Part shown: positions 35,066 to 48,573 of the stretch, piece by piece
Layout: each line of letters begins with the position of its first letter
How positions within the stretch are numbered: position 1 is the stretch's first letter
Origin: Peribolospora baueri
Lineage: Eukaryota
Direction of reading: 5' to 3'
DNA: 64,000 nt
NCBI GenBank assembly: GCA_029717555.1
Contig: JAMDHS010000031.1
Span: 1 to 64,000 of the forward strand
The notes under the pieces: model-generated
The model's input: only the letters and a program-made list of their open reading frames with translations
Databases searched by the model: none
What the model was told of the DNA's origin: nothing
Made by a program: the position numbers and the translations under genes

Positions 35066-37507
35066 ATGGACGACGACCGACCCGCCGCCAGCGACCCCAC
35101 CGCCGCCCACCCGAACCGATCATCCCCCCCACCGGGCCTCCGAATCGCCGACCTCGTTGACAAGCACGGACAGCCACCACCCAAGGCCCCACGGTCCTCC
35201 AGGAAGCACCTCCCCTCCTCCACCCCGCCTTCACGTCCGACAGGACGCTCCTCGTCGCCGCCCGTCGCCAGGAAGCCGTCCGCCAGCCGGTCACGGCCCT
35301 CCAAGCCGCCCACCCCGTCCGCCCTCCCCGCCGCCCCTTCCACCGACCTTTCGAAGACCAAGCTCGACGATGGTCCCGCCTACCAGTTTGCCCCAGTCAT
35401 GCAGGTCGTCGAGAACCGCGACCATCTGTAAGTCCAGTCCAGTCCGGTCCTGCCTCGCGCCCCGACCCCGGTCCTCACCGCTCGCCCTCCCCGTCTCCGT
35501 CCTCCCTCGCAGCGAGTACCAGCTCACGATTCGCGAGCAGCCGAAGCACTCTCGCATGTGTGGAGTGGGCGAAAAAGGTGGGCCAGCCGTGCCGCGTGTT
35601 CCTTCTCGCTCGTCACCCACACCGACGTTCTCTCACCCACCCTTCTCGTCTTCCCTCCCCGCAGCCGACCGAAGGCCCATAGACCCCTCGCCCATTATTC
35701 AACTCCGCGTGATCAACCACAACCAATTGCCGACGCCAGGGGAGAGGCCCATGGAGACGTCCAGCGCGCTGCCAGCCACCGGCGACCGTCGATCTTCTCG
35801 TCGCGCCAGCCTCGTCGCGCCGCTGTCCACCTCCGGCCGGCGCGGCACTCCGGTCACTACCTCCGCCGGTCCCGGATGGGAGGACAAGGCGTGGTACCTC
35901 GAGAACCCGTACTACTTCATGTGGGCCTCCCTCGCCCATCCCGACACCGACGAGGAGCTCCACTTGCTCTCCGACGGCAAGACGAGATACACAACGGGCA
36001 GCTCGGTAAGCTGCCTCTACCACCTCACCGACATCGATGGCTCCCAGCAGGGCTTCTTCGTCTTCCCCGACCTCAGCGTCCGTGTCGAGGGCACCTACCG
36101 CCTCAAGCTTAGCCTCTTTGAGACCATCGGCCGCGACATTCATCACCTCAAATCCGTCTACTCTGTCCCCTTTCATGTCTTTACCGCCAAGCGCTTTCCC
36201 GGCATGGAAGGTGGGTGCCACATCCAAAGGTGGCCGGGGGCAATCGACGATACGATCGATCGATCGGTCGTCCATCCAACGTGGACGACCGTTCGTCGAC
36301 CGGAGAAAACGCTACCGCTCGCCGGGCCTGCTGTGCTGACCATGCGATTTTTCTCCTTTCAGAATCCACCCCGCTCTCGCGTGCCTTTGCAGATCAGGGC
36401 CTCAAGGTGCGCGTGCGGAAACATCCGCGGATTCGCGTGCGTGACGACAAAGGCGAGGTCATCACGGACGACGATGATGAAGACGAGGACGACGGCGGCG
36501 GCGGCGACATGGAAGTGGAAAAACCGCCGGTGAAAAAGGCGGCAAAGCGAAGGAAAAGCGCAAGGTCCACGGCCGCACTCGGAATGTCCAAGCTCCAGCT
36601 GCGCGCCAGCCCGGCCCTCAGCACCAGTGGCACGTCCGCCTCGGCCGACCGGCGTCCCAACGGGCAGGGTTATGCGCCAGCCACGCCGGCCACCGCGTCG
36701 TCCTCGTCGCAGAGGACGACGCCGGTCGCAGCTGGTCGGCCGGAGGCAACAGCCGCCGTCGAACCACGATGGGTCGGCTCGTCCGGCGGTGTCGTCGTGC
36801 ACCCGCCGCCCTACGGCCATCCTCCTCCGCCCCCGCTTTCTCACGCTCCCGTCCACCATCGGCCCTTCCATGTCCCCGTGCCGCGCTCCTACGTCGGCCC
36901 TTCTCAGCGGTACGAGCCGGCGGATCGTCAATTCTCTGCGCCCCATTCCACCTACAACCCCGAGCCCTACTATCCGCCTTCCGAGCCTTTTTACGGCGGC
37001 CCTGCTGACCCGCACGCCCAACCGCCGCCGCCGTACTACCGTCCGCCGGCGCCGTCTCACGCCGTCTGGTCACCGTCTCCCATTCGTCCGATGGCGATGG
37101 TCGCGTACGAGCACGCCCGTCCGCCGTCGGCGCCACCGTCGATGCGGGAAGCACCCTCGTCGATGCGAGAAGCGCCGCCACCGTCGTACCCGTCCGCCAC
37201 CGCCGCGCCGCCGCACCCGGCCTATGCCCCAGCCGCCGCCGCCGAGCCGCCCTATTATCCCCATCCCCATCCCCATCATCCCCGACCAGAATCTCCCTAC
37301 CCGGCGCTGCCGCAGCGGCCAGAGTCTCCTTACCCTACTCGGCCAGGGTCCCAAGGGTCGTCGTCGGATCGCTACTTACGAGCTCGCCCCCCGCCCCCGC
37401 CGCCGCTGCTCCAACGCCCTTGGTCCCCCCCGCCCTCCGAACCCGTCCGCCGACCTCCCCCTTCGCGCCTGCAGCAAACCACCGCGCCGCCACCCCCGCG
37501 GGAATGA
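35066..37507 (+). CDS. Velvet-domain transcriptional regulator with Pro-rich C-terminus
   Basis: Approximate exons 35066-35427, 35513-35577, 35664-36210 and 36363-37507. Y-x-L-x-IREQPKHSRMCG-x-G, DRRPIDP-x-PIIQL, FFVFPDLSVRVEGTYRLKLSLF, F-x-VFTAKRFPGMEESTPLSRAFADQG-x-KVRVRK. Confidence 0.95.
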
Positions 37508-38145
37508 AAAAAAAAGACGCCGATCGATCGAATCGAATCCCATCCCATCCTTACCTCTGCCTACATACAATCCCTTCGGGAGGCCCGGCCACGCTTTGTT
37601 TGGTTGGCCCCCGCGTTCGACTTCTTGCGTGTATTCTTACCTCTACCCATCCCATCTACCACCTTCTTCCCTCCCCTCTTACCTTCTTCCCCGCGCCCCC
37701 GCACCCCCTTCCCGTATGCTAGCTCTTCTTGCTTGAATCGCTCGGACACTGTTCTTGCCTGTCTTGCCTGTCCCTCTCCTCCCATTCTTTTTCCCTGGGC
37801 GCCACGCCGACGTGTCACATACATCATCGACTCCGTCCTTCACAGTTCGTTCGTTCGTTCGTCATCGTCGTCGTCGTCACCACGAGCCAAGCCGAAACAC
37901 AGGTATAGATTACAAGTTTCCTCCCATCCCATTCCATTTCGACGACGACAGCGTTTCCCCCAATACGATACGAGTCCTTTTTATCCGAGCCGAGTCGAGC
38001 TGTGCAAGTCCACCGAGGCGAGGCGAGTGCGAACGAAGGCGAGAGAGAAGAGGAGAAGAAGAAGAGAAATTGGGGGGGGGGGGGGAGGGGGGAGGAGGAA
38101 AGCGTTCTTCGAAAATGTGAAGAAAATAAGGATAGACGATCTAAG

Positions 38146-40615
38146 CTAAGCGTCCTCCGCCGCTTCTCCGTTTTCCCGACGAGGTGGCGGCAGAGGCGGG
38201 CGCGGCGTGCCCCATGCGCGGGGAACGGCGCGGACGCGTAACGATGTGGCGAAGGTTAGGCTTGCGACCTGGACGGCCGAAAGGAGGGTTTGCGGGGAGG
38301 GATAGGGATAGGTTTGTCAGTTGAGGTTTTGAATTAAACGAAACGAGAAGAAGAAGTACAGAGAACGCACGATGAAGAGGGCGACCCAGACGGCCTGACC
38401 TCCGAGCCAGCCCTTGTCGACCGAGGCGGCAAAGAGGGCGGTGGTGGAGGCGGGTCCGAGCATGCGCGAGAAGGAGGCGCAGGATTGAGCGATGCCGTTC
38501 AAGGTGCCCAGGCTGGAGCGTGTAGGGGCGGCGTTGTTTAGCAGGAGGGTGGAACAGACTGGGGGAGGAAAGGGTCAGTCAGTCAGTCAGTCAGGGCGAA
38601 ACCAAAAGTACGCGCTGCTCACCAATGCCCATCAGCGAAAAGGCCCTAGAACAGACGATGAGCGCAAAGATAGAGGCCATGATTGCCTTGAAACCGGCGA
38701 GGGCAGCGAGGCGGGCAAAAGGAAAGCCGATGAAGCCGAGAGGGAGAAAGGCGAGGGTGAAGCGGTAGGTGCGCAGGCTGCCGAGGCGTCGCTCGATGGC
38801 GGGGAAGAGGAAGGGCTGGGAGACGAGGGAGAGCAGGCCGTTGGAAGAAAGCAGGAGGCCTGCGAGCGGAAAGAGGATGAGATGGTGTGTCTCCGAAGTG
38901 GACACTGGAGTGGGACGACGGACAAAGACACTCACCAATGTCCCGCTTGCTCAGGTCAACGCCTCCGTTTCGCAAGCTTTCGTCTGTTCAAGACGGGGCA
39001 GATCAACGGTCAGCGCCAGCGATCTCGTCGGCCGCCGCCATGCGCCGACTCACAGCAGAACAAAGGCAGAACGGCCATGTAGGCGGCGTTGATGAGGTTG
39101 TGCAGCGTGAGGCTTGTCAAGATGGCCACGATGGGTCGGGTGAGCAGGTCTCGCGCCTTTGGTGGAGGCGCGTCCTCGGGCGTCGGCGAGGTTGTCGACG
39201 GGCCACCTCGGTCGTCAGGACGCTCCGACGGCGGCGCGTTCTTCGCCTTGTCCTTCGACGCGACGCGGGATGGCAATGTCTGAAAGCGAAACGGAACCGA
39301 AAGTAGATCAGCCAGACGCACCTCCTCGCGGGACGGCTCTCACCCGGCTCACTTCTTGGAGGAAGAGGGTGCCGACGATGATGGCGGCGAGGTTGAAGGC
39401 AGAGGCGACGGCGCAGGGGAGGAAGTAGGGGTATTCGGCGAGAAATATGGAGTTTCCGAAAATGTTCGGAAATTGCTCCACCGGATCGGCGAGACTGCGA
39501 GAAAAGGGAGAAGGTGAGCCGGCGGCCGGTGGGCGGAGAGGAGGGGGAGGGATCAACGAACGCACTATCCTCCGATCAAAGGACCAATGGTAGAGCCTAT
39601 AGAGAAACACAGCGGCAGGAGGGCGAACGCGCTGGGAAAAAAAAGGGGGGCGAAGGGGTGAGTAGTCGAGCGGGCGAGAAAGAAAGACACGGGAGAGCCA
39701 TTTCATCATGGGATTACGAAAAAAAACAATTGGGATACGTTGGAAGGCCCGGCGGACTCACGTCGCTTGATTCGTCTCGTCGGTGATCTCGGCGAGGACG
39801 GCCTTGATGACGGCCACGTTTCCGTTCATCCTGGGCACAAAGGACATGTGGGCGTGAGGGCAAAGAGGGCTGTCAGCGAGCGAGACGAGCGGGGCACACG
39901 AACGGCGTCTGTCGAGGCGATTGACTCACAGGCCGGCGATACATCGGGCGACGATCATGGCTTTGAAGGACTTTGCGAGGCCGAAAGAGAGGACGGAGAG
40001 CATGACGCCGACGATGCCGATGATGGCCACCGGCTTTCGACCAACGCGGTCCGATAGGCGTCCCCAAGCGAAGACTAAAAAGAAAGGGAGGGCGAGATGA
40101 GCGTGGGATGGGTCGCGCGACGATCGGTACCACCGACCGACCGACGGACGACTCACCGGTCATGAACTGGATGGCGGCAAAGACGCTCTCGACGATGCCG
40201 GCGTAGTAGCCAACCTCGCCGCTGGGGAGGCCGGGCATGACATCGGCGATCATGTGATTGATGAAGGGGAAAATGACGGTGTAGGAGATGGCTGCGAAGG
40301 AAGAAGAGCAAGAGGGTAGGTATGATCACCGGTCCGTCCGTTGTCGTTCAAGCCGGCATTCGGCACGCGTCGTCCCTTCGATCCTGTCTGTCACTCACGC
40401 TCGGTGAAGCGCATGACGCAGACGAGGAAGACCTGCATCTTCGGCAGCGGTGTCTGCTCCCTCCTGCTCCGCGCTTTGGCCGGCGCTGCGGAAGACCGGG
40501 AGGGTGTGGAAGAGTCGGGGAGCAGGGGCGTGCGCTCCGTCGGCGGCATCGCGCCGTCGCGATGGTGGCCATCGCCGGCGGCGTCGCCCGTCGCTGGTGG
40601 TCGACCGGGCGGCAT
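38146..40615 (-). CDS. MFS transporter (DHA1/YCR023C-like)
   Basis: ERTPLL, TPLPK-x-Q, VIFPFIN-x-MI, GYYAGIVES, WGRLSDRVGRKP (motif A), YPYFLPC, LGTLNGIAQ. Last exon ends ...EAAEDA* at 38146. Confidence 0.9.
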
Positions 40616-41756
40616 GGGGAGGAGAGTAGGAAGGGGGATAGGAAAGGGGGAGGGAAGAAGAGCGAGCGAGTCAAGCGGGCCGGGTCGACCTCGGGGTTCT
40701 TGTAGGGCGGGGGTAAGCGAGTCGGACGCGAAGGTCACCTCATATCGGGGGAGGACGAAAGAGGGGTGTGGGATGTCGGCTTGGGTTCGCTCTATTCTTT
40801 ACTTGGACGCCGAAGCGGAGGGGCGAGGAGAAGGGATGGGAAGGAGGGAGGACGACATGAAGGTCGACGGGCTGGCCGACTAAACTGGAGAGGGCCGTGC
40901 AGACGCCGTGGAGCCGACGTCGTGGTCCGTCGTTCGTCGTTCGTCCATGGACGGCCGAGCAGAGCAGAGTGTGGATGGAGTCCATCGTCGGTCGACACCA
41001 GACGACAACAGGGATCGACACGAGCCGAGCCCAGCCGAGCCGAACCGAGCCGAGCCGACTGGAGTCGAACGTCGGTGGACTTGTATCGGATAGGGTCGAC
41101 CGACGCTGATGTAAGAGGGTAAGAGCGAGCGAAGAGAGGATCCGGCGGTTGCAGCCGTGCGTAGCGACGCTTGCCGACGGTGCGAGGCGCATCGCATCTC
41201 CGAGTAGAGCAGAGCAGAGCAGACAAGCTCGTCGCGTGACGGACGCTCTGCGCTCTGCCAGACTTTGATGCCGTCCGGCCGTCTATGTACATGTACATGC
41301 TCTACCCTTGTCACGCCCTCAGCCGCCTCCTCGATGCCGCCGATGCCGAGCCGAGCGGTGGGCGAGGGCGAGGGCGAGGGTGAGGGAGAGATCGGGTGAA
41401 AGGACGGACGGATCGGACGCCGCAGCTGACAGGACAAGACAGCACAAGGGCAGGACAGGACTTGCACAAGGAGCGGCGCATAGACGCCCACTGCAAGTCC
41501 GTGCATCTCCCTGTATCTCCGCGCGCCCGCCCCGATCGCGATCGCAATCGCCTTGGCGCTTGTCCGCTCGTGCCGCGCGTTCGCTTGCCTCGCGATCGGT
41601 CGGCCCTGACGCGCGTCGGCGCGGGTCGTGGCGAGATAGGTGGCCAAGCCAGACGAGCAGAAAGACAAGATGGCTTAGAACGTTGCGATGGCGGATACAG
41701 TGATTAATATATAACAAGCGACCCTAGCTTGTTTTGTGCTCACCGGCGACTGGCAA

Positions 41757-41815
41757 AGGCGACGGAGACGACAGAGGCGACAGAGGCGACAGAGATGACA
41801 GAGGCGACAGAGGCG
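41757..41815. repeat. 9-bp tandem repeat (GCGACAGAG)n, about 6 copies
   Basis: ggcgacggagacgacagaggcgacagaggcgacagagatgacagaggcgacagagg. Confidence 0.75.
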
Positions 41816-43797
41816 AGTAGCGCCCCAGCTCGGTCTCTCGCCGCCTCGCCAGGTCATCCGACCAATGCAACGCCTTCTCCTACCTCTCTGTCTCCAACCG
41901 AGCAAGGCCTTTAGTCTGTCCGTGACCACAGACGATGCGGTGCGATGCGATGCGCCTTGCTCGTCCTTTCTTTCTTTTCCGTCCTGCCTGCCTGCCCTCT
42001 TCGCATATACATGCTTCCTGCTGGTCGCGCAGGATGTGAGGAGGGCGGCGGCGACGGGGACGAGCGGCGACGGCGGGGGGTTGCAAAGCGACAGGTGGCG
42101 GTGGGTGGGTGGGATGGATGACCTGCGATCGACAGGATCGTTGCGCACTGCCCATGTTCATCGACGGGGCGTTCATCGATCGACAGGACCCTTCAAGAAG
42201 GAAGGCCCAAGCGTGTGCATAGTGCCGCCAGGCGTCCAATGACGTCACGTGGCGCTTGCCACCACTTGACAGCCGGCTCAATGCAGCGCCGGACCGCCCC
42301 TGCCTCATCGTACCGGCGGGCGGCGTATGTAGAGCGTAAGAGCGTTCGCTGCAGGAGAGAGAGGGACGGGAGCGAGAATACGACAGCGTCGCTCGCGCCT
42401 CGGTTGGAATTGCGATCCTCTGCTGCCTCACCCCATCGCGTCACGTCTCGTCACCGTCTTCTCAGCCGCGCTGCTCCGCGCTGACGGACCAGGAGACCCG
42501 TCCCGAGCCGACACTCGCTCCTTTTTATTCGCACCGCCTTCCTTGCCGCCGTCCCCCTTTCTCGCCGCTGCAGGTCCTCCAGGGTTCTCTTACCACGTCG
42601 GTGCTGATGCCGCACTCTCCAACCTTTTTTTTTTTTTCCTTGTCGCCTTTTTTGTTTTCTCTCTGACTCTCTAAACCTTGACGCGTCGCGGTCAGAGGAG
42701 ACGAGACGCTATGGTCTCCCACTCGTCCAACGCCTGGGTTTTGTTGGGTTGGGTTGGGCATCCGTCGGGGCTTGTGGCCGTTCCCAGCGGTGGCTTGACG
42801 ACTCCACTGACGGTCGCAATGGCTGAAGACATCGCTCCCTGCTGTTTCAACCGCTCACTCCCTTCCTCGACGCTCCCATGTCTGTCGTGAGTGAATTTTC
42901 TTGTCGTAAATGGTCGTGAAGTAAGCGGCCGCCTCTAAGCTCGCGGGCTCTGGAATGCGGAGAGCCAAAGGCCCAACAAGGCAACGAACGGCCTCGCCTT
43001 GTCTCCCCTTCTCCGTTCGGCTGGTGACGATCTCGCATTATCGCTCTGCTGAATCTCCGTGACAGTTGACGTTCGCCTCGCCGATCGAGACGAACACGCA
43101 GCCGGTGACGCCACCTCTGCCCTCTCTAACGTCGCACGCCTCCAATTAGAGTTTCACAATAGGCACGGGTAGATGGGGTCCATCCCAAGCGAAAAAAGAA
43201 AACGGAACGAGAATAAAAAAATGAAAAGGGAAAAGAGGGGGAAATTAGAAAATGGAATAATAAGCGAGACGAAAAAAACTGCCGGCGCCCCCTTCGATGC
43301 ACGCTCATAGCCGTCCATCCGACGCGAGGCGAACGCGGAGGAAGAATCCTACAAAGCTTCTTTCTTCTCCTCTCTCTCTTCGCCCCCAAGCCCGTCTCGC
43401 CCATCTCCGCCGCCCCGTCATCTACGGACACGAAAAAAGTCAATTTAGCCGCCGCCCGTTCGCCCGTCCGCTGAACGTCCGACGTTTCCCCCCCTGCTCT
43501 CGGCTTCGCCCGGTCGCTAAAAGCTTTTCTATGACCATCCGGATCTGGATGCCTCGAGGCACGGCACGGCACGGCACCGTAGAATCGCGTCAGCCGCGCA
43601 GCGCACACCCCGCCCGGTGGAGGAAGGGAGGGAGGGTACGTCGTGTACAGGGTCCGGACGCTGTCTCTCGATCGCTCCCTCGCTCGCTCTGGACCGTGAT
43701 CATCAGCTGAAACTCATCCGGACGGGCGCGGCGCCCTCGTCCGCTCGCCCGTCGGTTCGTCGACAGACTCGGTGACTGGTTCTGCCCGGATGGCTGC

Positions 43798-43821
43798 TAT
43801 AGCTAGCTAGCTAGCTAGCTT
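43798..43821. repeat. (TAGC)n microsatellite
   Basis: tatagctagctagctagctagct. Confidence 0.8.
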
Positions 43822-46800
43822 CGCCGGACCGGCACTGAAGCCTGATTGATTGATCAATAGCGTTTCATTTCGCGCTGGCACAATCTTGATTCTCAAACGG
43901 GCCGAACGGCCCGCGTCGTATTCGCAACGTAAATCCCATATACCCAGGCCGAACAAGCTTCCAGTATTCGTTTCTTGTCGCCCAACGTGGACCGTCCGTC
44001 CGTCCGCCCGCGCGGCACTGAGTTTTGTGGAAGCTTGGACGTGTCGCAAAGATGCCGATTCCTGTAGGACCGACCACCTCACTCACTGGCCGACCCGACC
44101 CGACTTGCGGCCGACGGCTCTTGAGAGAGCGACTCGAAGCGACGCTCGAGTGAGGTCCCCCCCCCCCCCCCCCCAACGGTCGCCAAGAGCCCGAAGCGCG
44201 GTCGCAAGATGAAGGGAGGGCAAACGTGGGGTACTGGGAGACGGAATCGCCCCGATTTCGACCCAGAGGATACATATACGACCACCTCCCCAACGCGCGC
44301 CGGCCCCGGTACCTGTCCAGAGAGGTGTAAACGACAAAAGCATGGTGAGATTCCAAGTCGATCCGCCGGGCGTTCCCGTACAGACGCTCACAACGATTCC
44401 TGTCCTCACCGGCCGAACACAAGGCGTGTTGTCGCTCAGTGCCACCGTCGTTCGCAGATGCCCGCTCCGGCGGTTCGCACTCTTCATCGGCCTCGCCAGT
44501 CAGTGCGCCGCGTCGCGACCCAAACTCGTGCTCACCAACGACGGCGTCACCTCAGTCGAGGCCCGTCAATTGTGAGAACCCGTCGTGCCATGTAGGTGAT
44601 CTGCGCTTTGTTGCGTGGCACTTGTTGGACCCGAGCCGAGCGGCTGACTCGTCGTTCCACCGCCTTATCGCCTCCCTGCCCATACGACGTGGCGGTCACC
44701 GATTTCGTCGCGCCAGTGTGAGTGGACTTTCAGTAACGGACGCGGAGCCGGGCCAGACTGAGCAGAGCATCCGCCTCCCTCCTTTCCATCCTCTCCTTTT
44801 TCGTCCCGTCCGCTGGTTGGCTTTTCTCGCTGGCTTCGTTCGGCGGACGAAAGGCTCGATGTGGCATGGCACGGTGAACCTGTGCCCTTGCGCTGGTCGA
44901 CCATGCCCGTGCGGCTCGCTCGCCCTCGAGCCGGTGGCAGTAAAGAAGCCTGGGCAGGTCAATGACCACCTTGACGAACGGCCCTGCTCGACCTCGTGCT
45001 GCGCGCGGACCAACTGACGCGGAGGGAAACGCGTCGCTCGCAGGCACAGGGCGAAGGAACAAACGACGCGACGCGGCCTGCTGAACCCAACACTGACCCG
45101 TCCCCGCGGTCCGTCTCACCCCTCGGTCTTCTTATCCTCCTCCTTCTTCTTCTGTACGTACAGTCGGAGTGTATCCATCTAGCTGCGCAAGCCCGTCCGG
45201 CAGTCGAAGTGTATCTATTCAACCGCTCAAGCTCGTCCGCCAAGTTAACGGACGAGGACCTGAATGGTTGACCGAGGTTCATGACCTGGGGGTTGTCCCA
45301 TGGCGCAGCGCATTCCGGTCGACCGACGATTTGAGGGAAAAAAAAAAAGCTGAAAAAGGCAATGCCTGGTGGACAGACGAACCGCGCGTGTCGACATGGC
45401 GATGGCGGTAGAGATGCGCCCATTCGACAGGGCCCGCCGCGACGTAGGAAGAGGCCTCGCTCGCACACCAAATGGGCCGCAACTGGCCATCGCTCCTTTC
45501 CCCACATTACAACGTGATCGTCTACGATGACGTGAACCGAGATCGTTTCTCATGGAAAACCATCGGAAGGACCACGAGGGAGGGCGCGTTATCCATACAG
45601 GTATCCGGATGCCCGGGCGATCGCTTTTGAGCGCTGCTATGGATTCTATCATATGAAACGATATATGAAATGATGAGCAGGCCATGTTCCTCTCCTGAAG
45701 ATGAACTATGCGGAGGTCGCACCGATGAGGAAAGTGGAAAAAAATGATGTAGGCATCGAAGCCGACATGGGTGTTGGCAGCAAAAACGACGCCGCCCGAA
45801 ATGAGGCCCTTCTCGTCGAGCCGGCGGAGCCGGTGGGCAAGGCGGATGGGCCGGTAGAGGGGGGTGGGGTACAGGAGCGTACTGGGACAGATGAGCGGTG
45901 ACGAGGGACGGGACTGGGCAAGATGAATGGTGAACGATAGGAAGGCCACCAGGGCACCTGCGAGCGAGGCAAGGAAGAACCGGAGATCGCGAGGAAGACA
46001 GGTTAACTTTGGAAGGACGGGCCACAGGGAGTGGCCGGCGGCGATGCGGGGAACGCTCCCTAGCCGACATACCAATCCCTGAAGGCAACCACGCGATGGC
46101 GGTGCAGAGGGCGAGCTGAGCCAGACGAAATCGACCTTGGCGGAGGAGTAGACGGTGTATATGATGTAAATGGGCGTGGAAAGGAGGAGCCTGCTCTACC
46201 GACGGGGCAGAGTCAATGTCGTCTCTCGCCAGCGGTGGACGCTTCCGCTCACGCCTCGGCACTAAGCGTCGCCAACGCGAACCATGCTGCGATGGCCGCT
46301 TGGACGAGGAACGGCTGTGGGAAGTGAGGTGCGCCCGGTGGGACGTGAGCGTTGGCATGTGCGCTTCACCTTTTTATCGATATGTCTTTCAACGACATAA
46401 CTATGGAAGAAAGAAGGTCGCCAGCGAGCGTAGTCGACGGAAGGATGACGGCGCGGCACGGCATGGCACACTTCCGGGAGCAAAACGCGGTGTGCATAAG
46501 GGGGGACAAGGAACAAGTGGCTGCGAAGACAAAAGCGACAACGTAAGTGAAGGCCCCACCGGAAGGTCGAGTTTGCTTTCGGTGTCCGGCCCCGCAATCG
46601 CGGCGGGCAGTCTCGTCGATGCGGCGGTGCAAAGCGCACAGAGGAAAGAGGGGAGAGGGGAGAAAGCAGAAAACGAGGTGAGGGCCGTGTCGGACACGTC
46701 ATTAACTACTCACCCAAGCACCCGCGGCCAACCTGCTCTGAGGACCGGTTCTCCTGATCGTCGCTCGCCTTGGAATATTTAGGATGGAAGAAAAGGAACA

Positions 46801-46966
46801 CTTCACATAAATGAAGGAACGCGGGTCACGTGCAATGAATCCATCCACGCGATCTTTGGTCATGATCGGGGTCGCGGCGTCCACGCCGTTCGCTATCCTC
46901 AAGCGCCATCGCCATTTTCCATGCCGTGATCCTCGTCGCTTCGCCCGAGCTCGTTCTGCGTAGCTT

Positions 46967-48573
46967 CTAGGACCATGGCACCTTGTCCCATATAGACATT
47001 CCGGTAACATTTCCACGCCATCTCGTTTTCACTTCGGTCGTGCCGAAACAGAGACCACTTTGCCGCCGCCATGCGCTCGCCCGTCTCCGCTGTGGCTGCT
47101 CCTCATAGGGAAATGACGATGGGATCAAGTCCTGATGGAAAGGAGATCGTCGGCTGAATGGACTTTGGGTCGCGGAGAGAAAGCGAATATGACCTACCTC
47201 GCCTCCGTCGTCAGCGTCTCTGCTGGTCACCGCCGCGTCTGTTCCTCTTCGCTGGCAGATGGTCGGCCTTCCTTCTGTCGCCTGGCGCCCATCCTCCCTC
47301 TGCCCCGGACCATCGATATGCTTGCGAGAACGGCGAGACCTTCGGCACGGATTCTGGACGTTAAACGGTGGAAGCGGGTCGCTAAAGGCTTCCAGAGAGG
47401 CCGAGACCAGACCGCCAGCGAGTGTATGCTGTTTTGGAGGAGTCCCCGGGGGCGACGTAGAGCCGAGCGGACGATCTGTGTCGTCCGCCTCGACCTGCAG
47501 CGCCGGGAGAGCCGTCGCCGCTGAGGACAAGACGACGCCGTTGGAGGGAGACGACGGCGATCCACGTCGACTTGGGAAAGGAGACGCAGAACGACATCGG
47601 AGAGCGGTATCAGCCACAACGACCCCGCCGTCCACCCTCCGCCTCTTCGCCGTCCTCCGCGCCCATGCTCGACACCGCGCTTCCTCCTCCGTGCTCGGCA
47701 ATGACTCGGTCCCGCTCGAGCTCTTTTCCTCCTCCTCCTCCTCCTCCTCCTCCTCCTCCTCCTCCTCGGCCGCTCCGGCAAGCCAGCCCTGCCCAACTCG
47801 ACCACCTTCGCGCACGCAGACAAGCACAAGGTCGATACCCGGCCCACCGGCTGATGTAGAAGCGCTCGCACGGCAGTTGCGCAAATGAGACTCGAGGGCG
47901 CGAACGCGCGCCGAGAAGTCCATGCCGTCGACACCAGCACTTGCCACATTGTCGGAGTTCGGATAAAACAGGCGGCGGATGGGTGGTGTGGACGGCGCAA
48001 GGATAAGAGAGAGCTCCTTGCCATCCTTCCTTGACCCCTGCCGTGGAAGCATCGGGGTCGAATGACGTACTGCGAACGGTCCGGCATCGCAATAAGGCAA
48101 GGCTGGAAATTGTGGATGACGGCGTGGACGATAACGGGCGAGCTGCGGAGGAGAAACGCACCCTCCGACTGTCCCAGATCACCGCTGCGCCATCTCCGCC
48201 CCGGGTTCACCATCGCACAGGCCGCACCGGCAGCTCGTCCCTCCTGTCTCTGTCGAATCCAATCTCGAGTCTGACGCACAGCCAGGCAACCAGTGTCAAG
48301 TCCGACAGCCAAGCGGCTAGCGTCCGTTTTGACAGCCAATTTGACGCCGCACAAGCCGTAACTGACCTGAGCGGCTTCTTCGTGCAGCAAGGGTTGTGGA
48401 GGTGACCGGAAATGGAATCGCTCGTCGTTTGGCCTCCAGCTCTCCCATCGAGCTACCGGCCCCAAGTTCGTCTCTGCAGTACGCCGATGCGCTAGCTCGG
48501 ATTCATTCAGGTCATGTGTGTATGGATATATTTGGCCACTAGAGTGCAGGCCTAGGTGCGCAGAGGACAGCAT
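46967..48573 (-). CDS. Possible multi-exon orphan gene with poly-Glu tract
   Basis: Overlapping long ORFs, with plausible donors (CAG|GTCAGT near 48366, G|GTGCGT near 48160) and acceptors. (GAG)n encodes a poly-E run and AKRRRVD is NLS-like. No family recognised. Confidence 0.3.
47727..47767. repeat. (TCC)n trinucleotide repeat
   Basis: About 13 consecutive TCC units. Confidence 0.85.
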
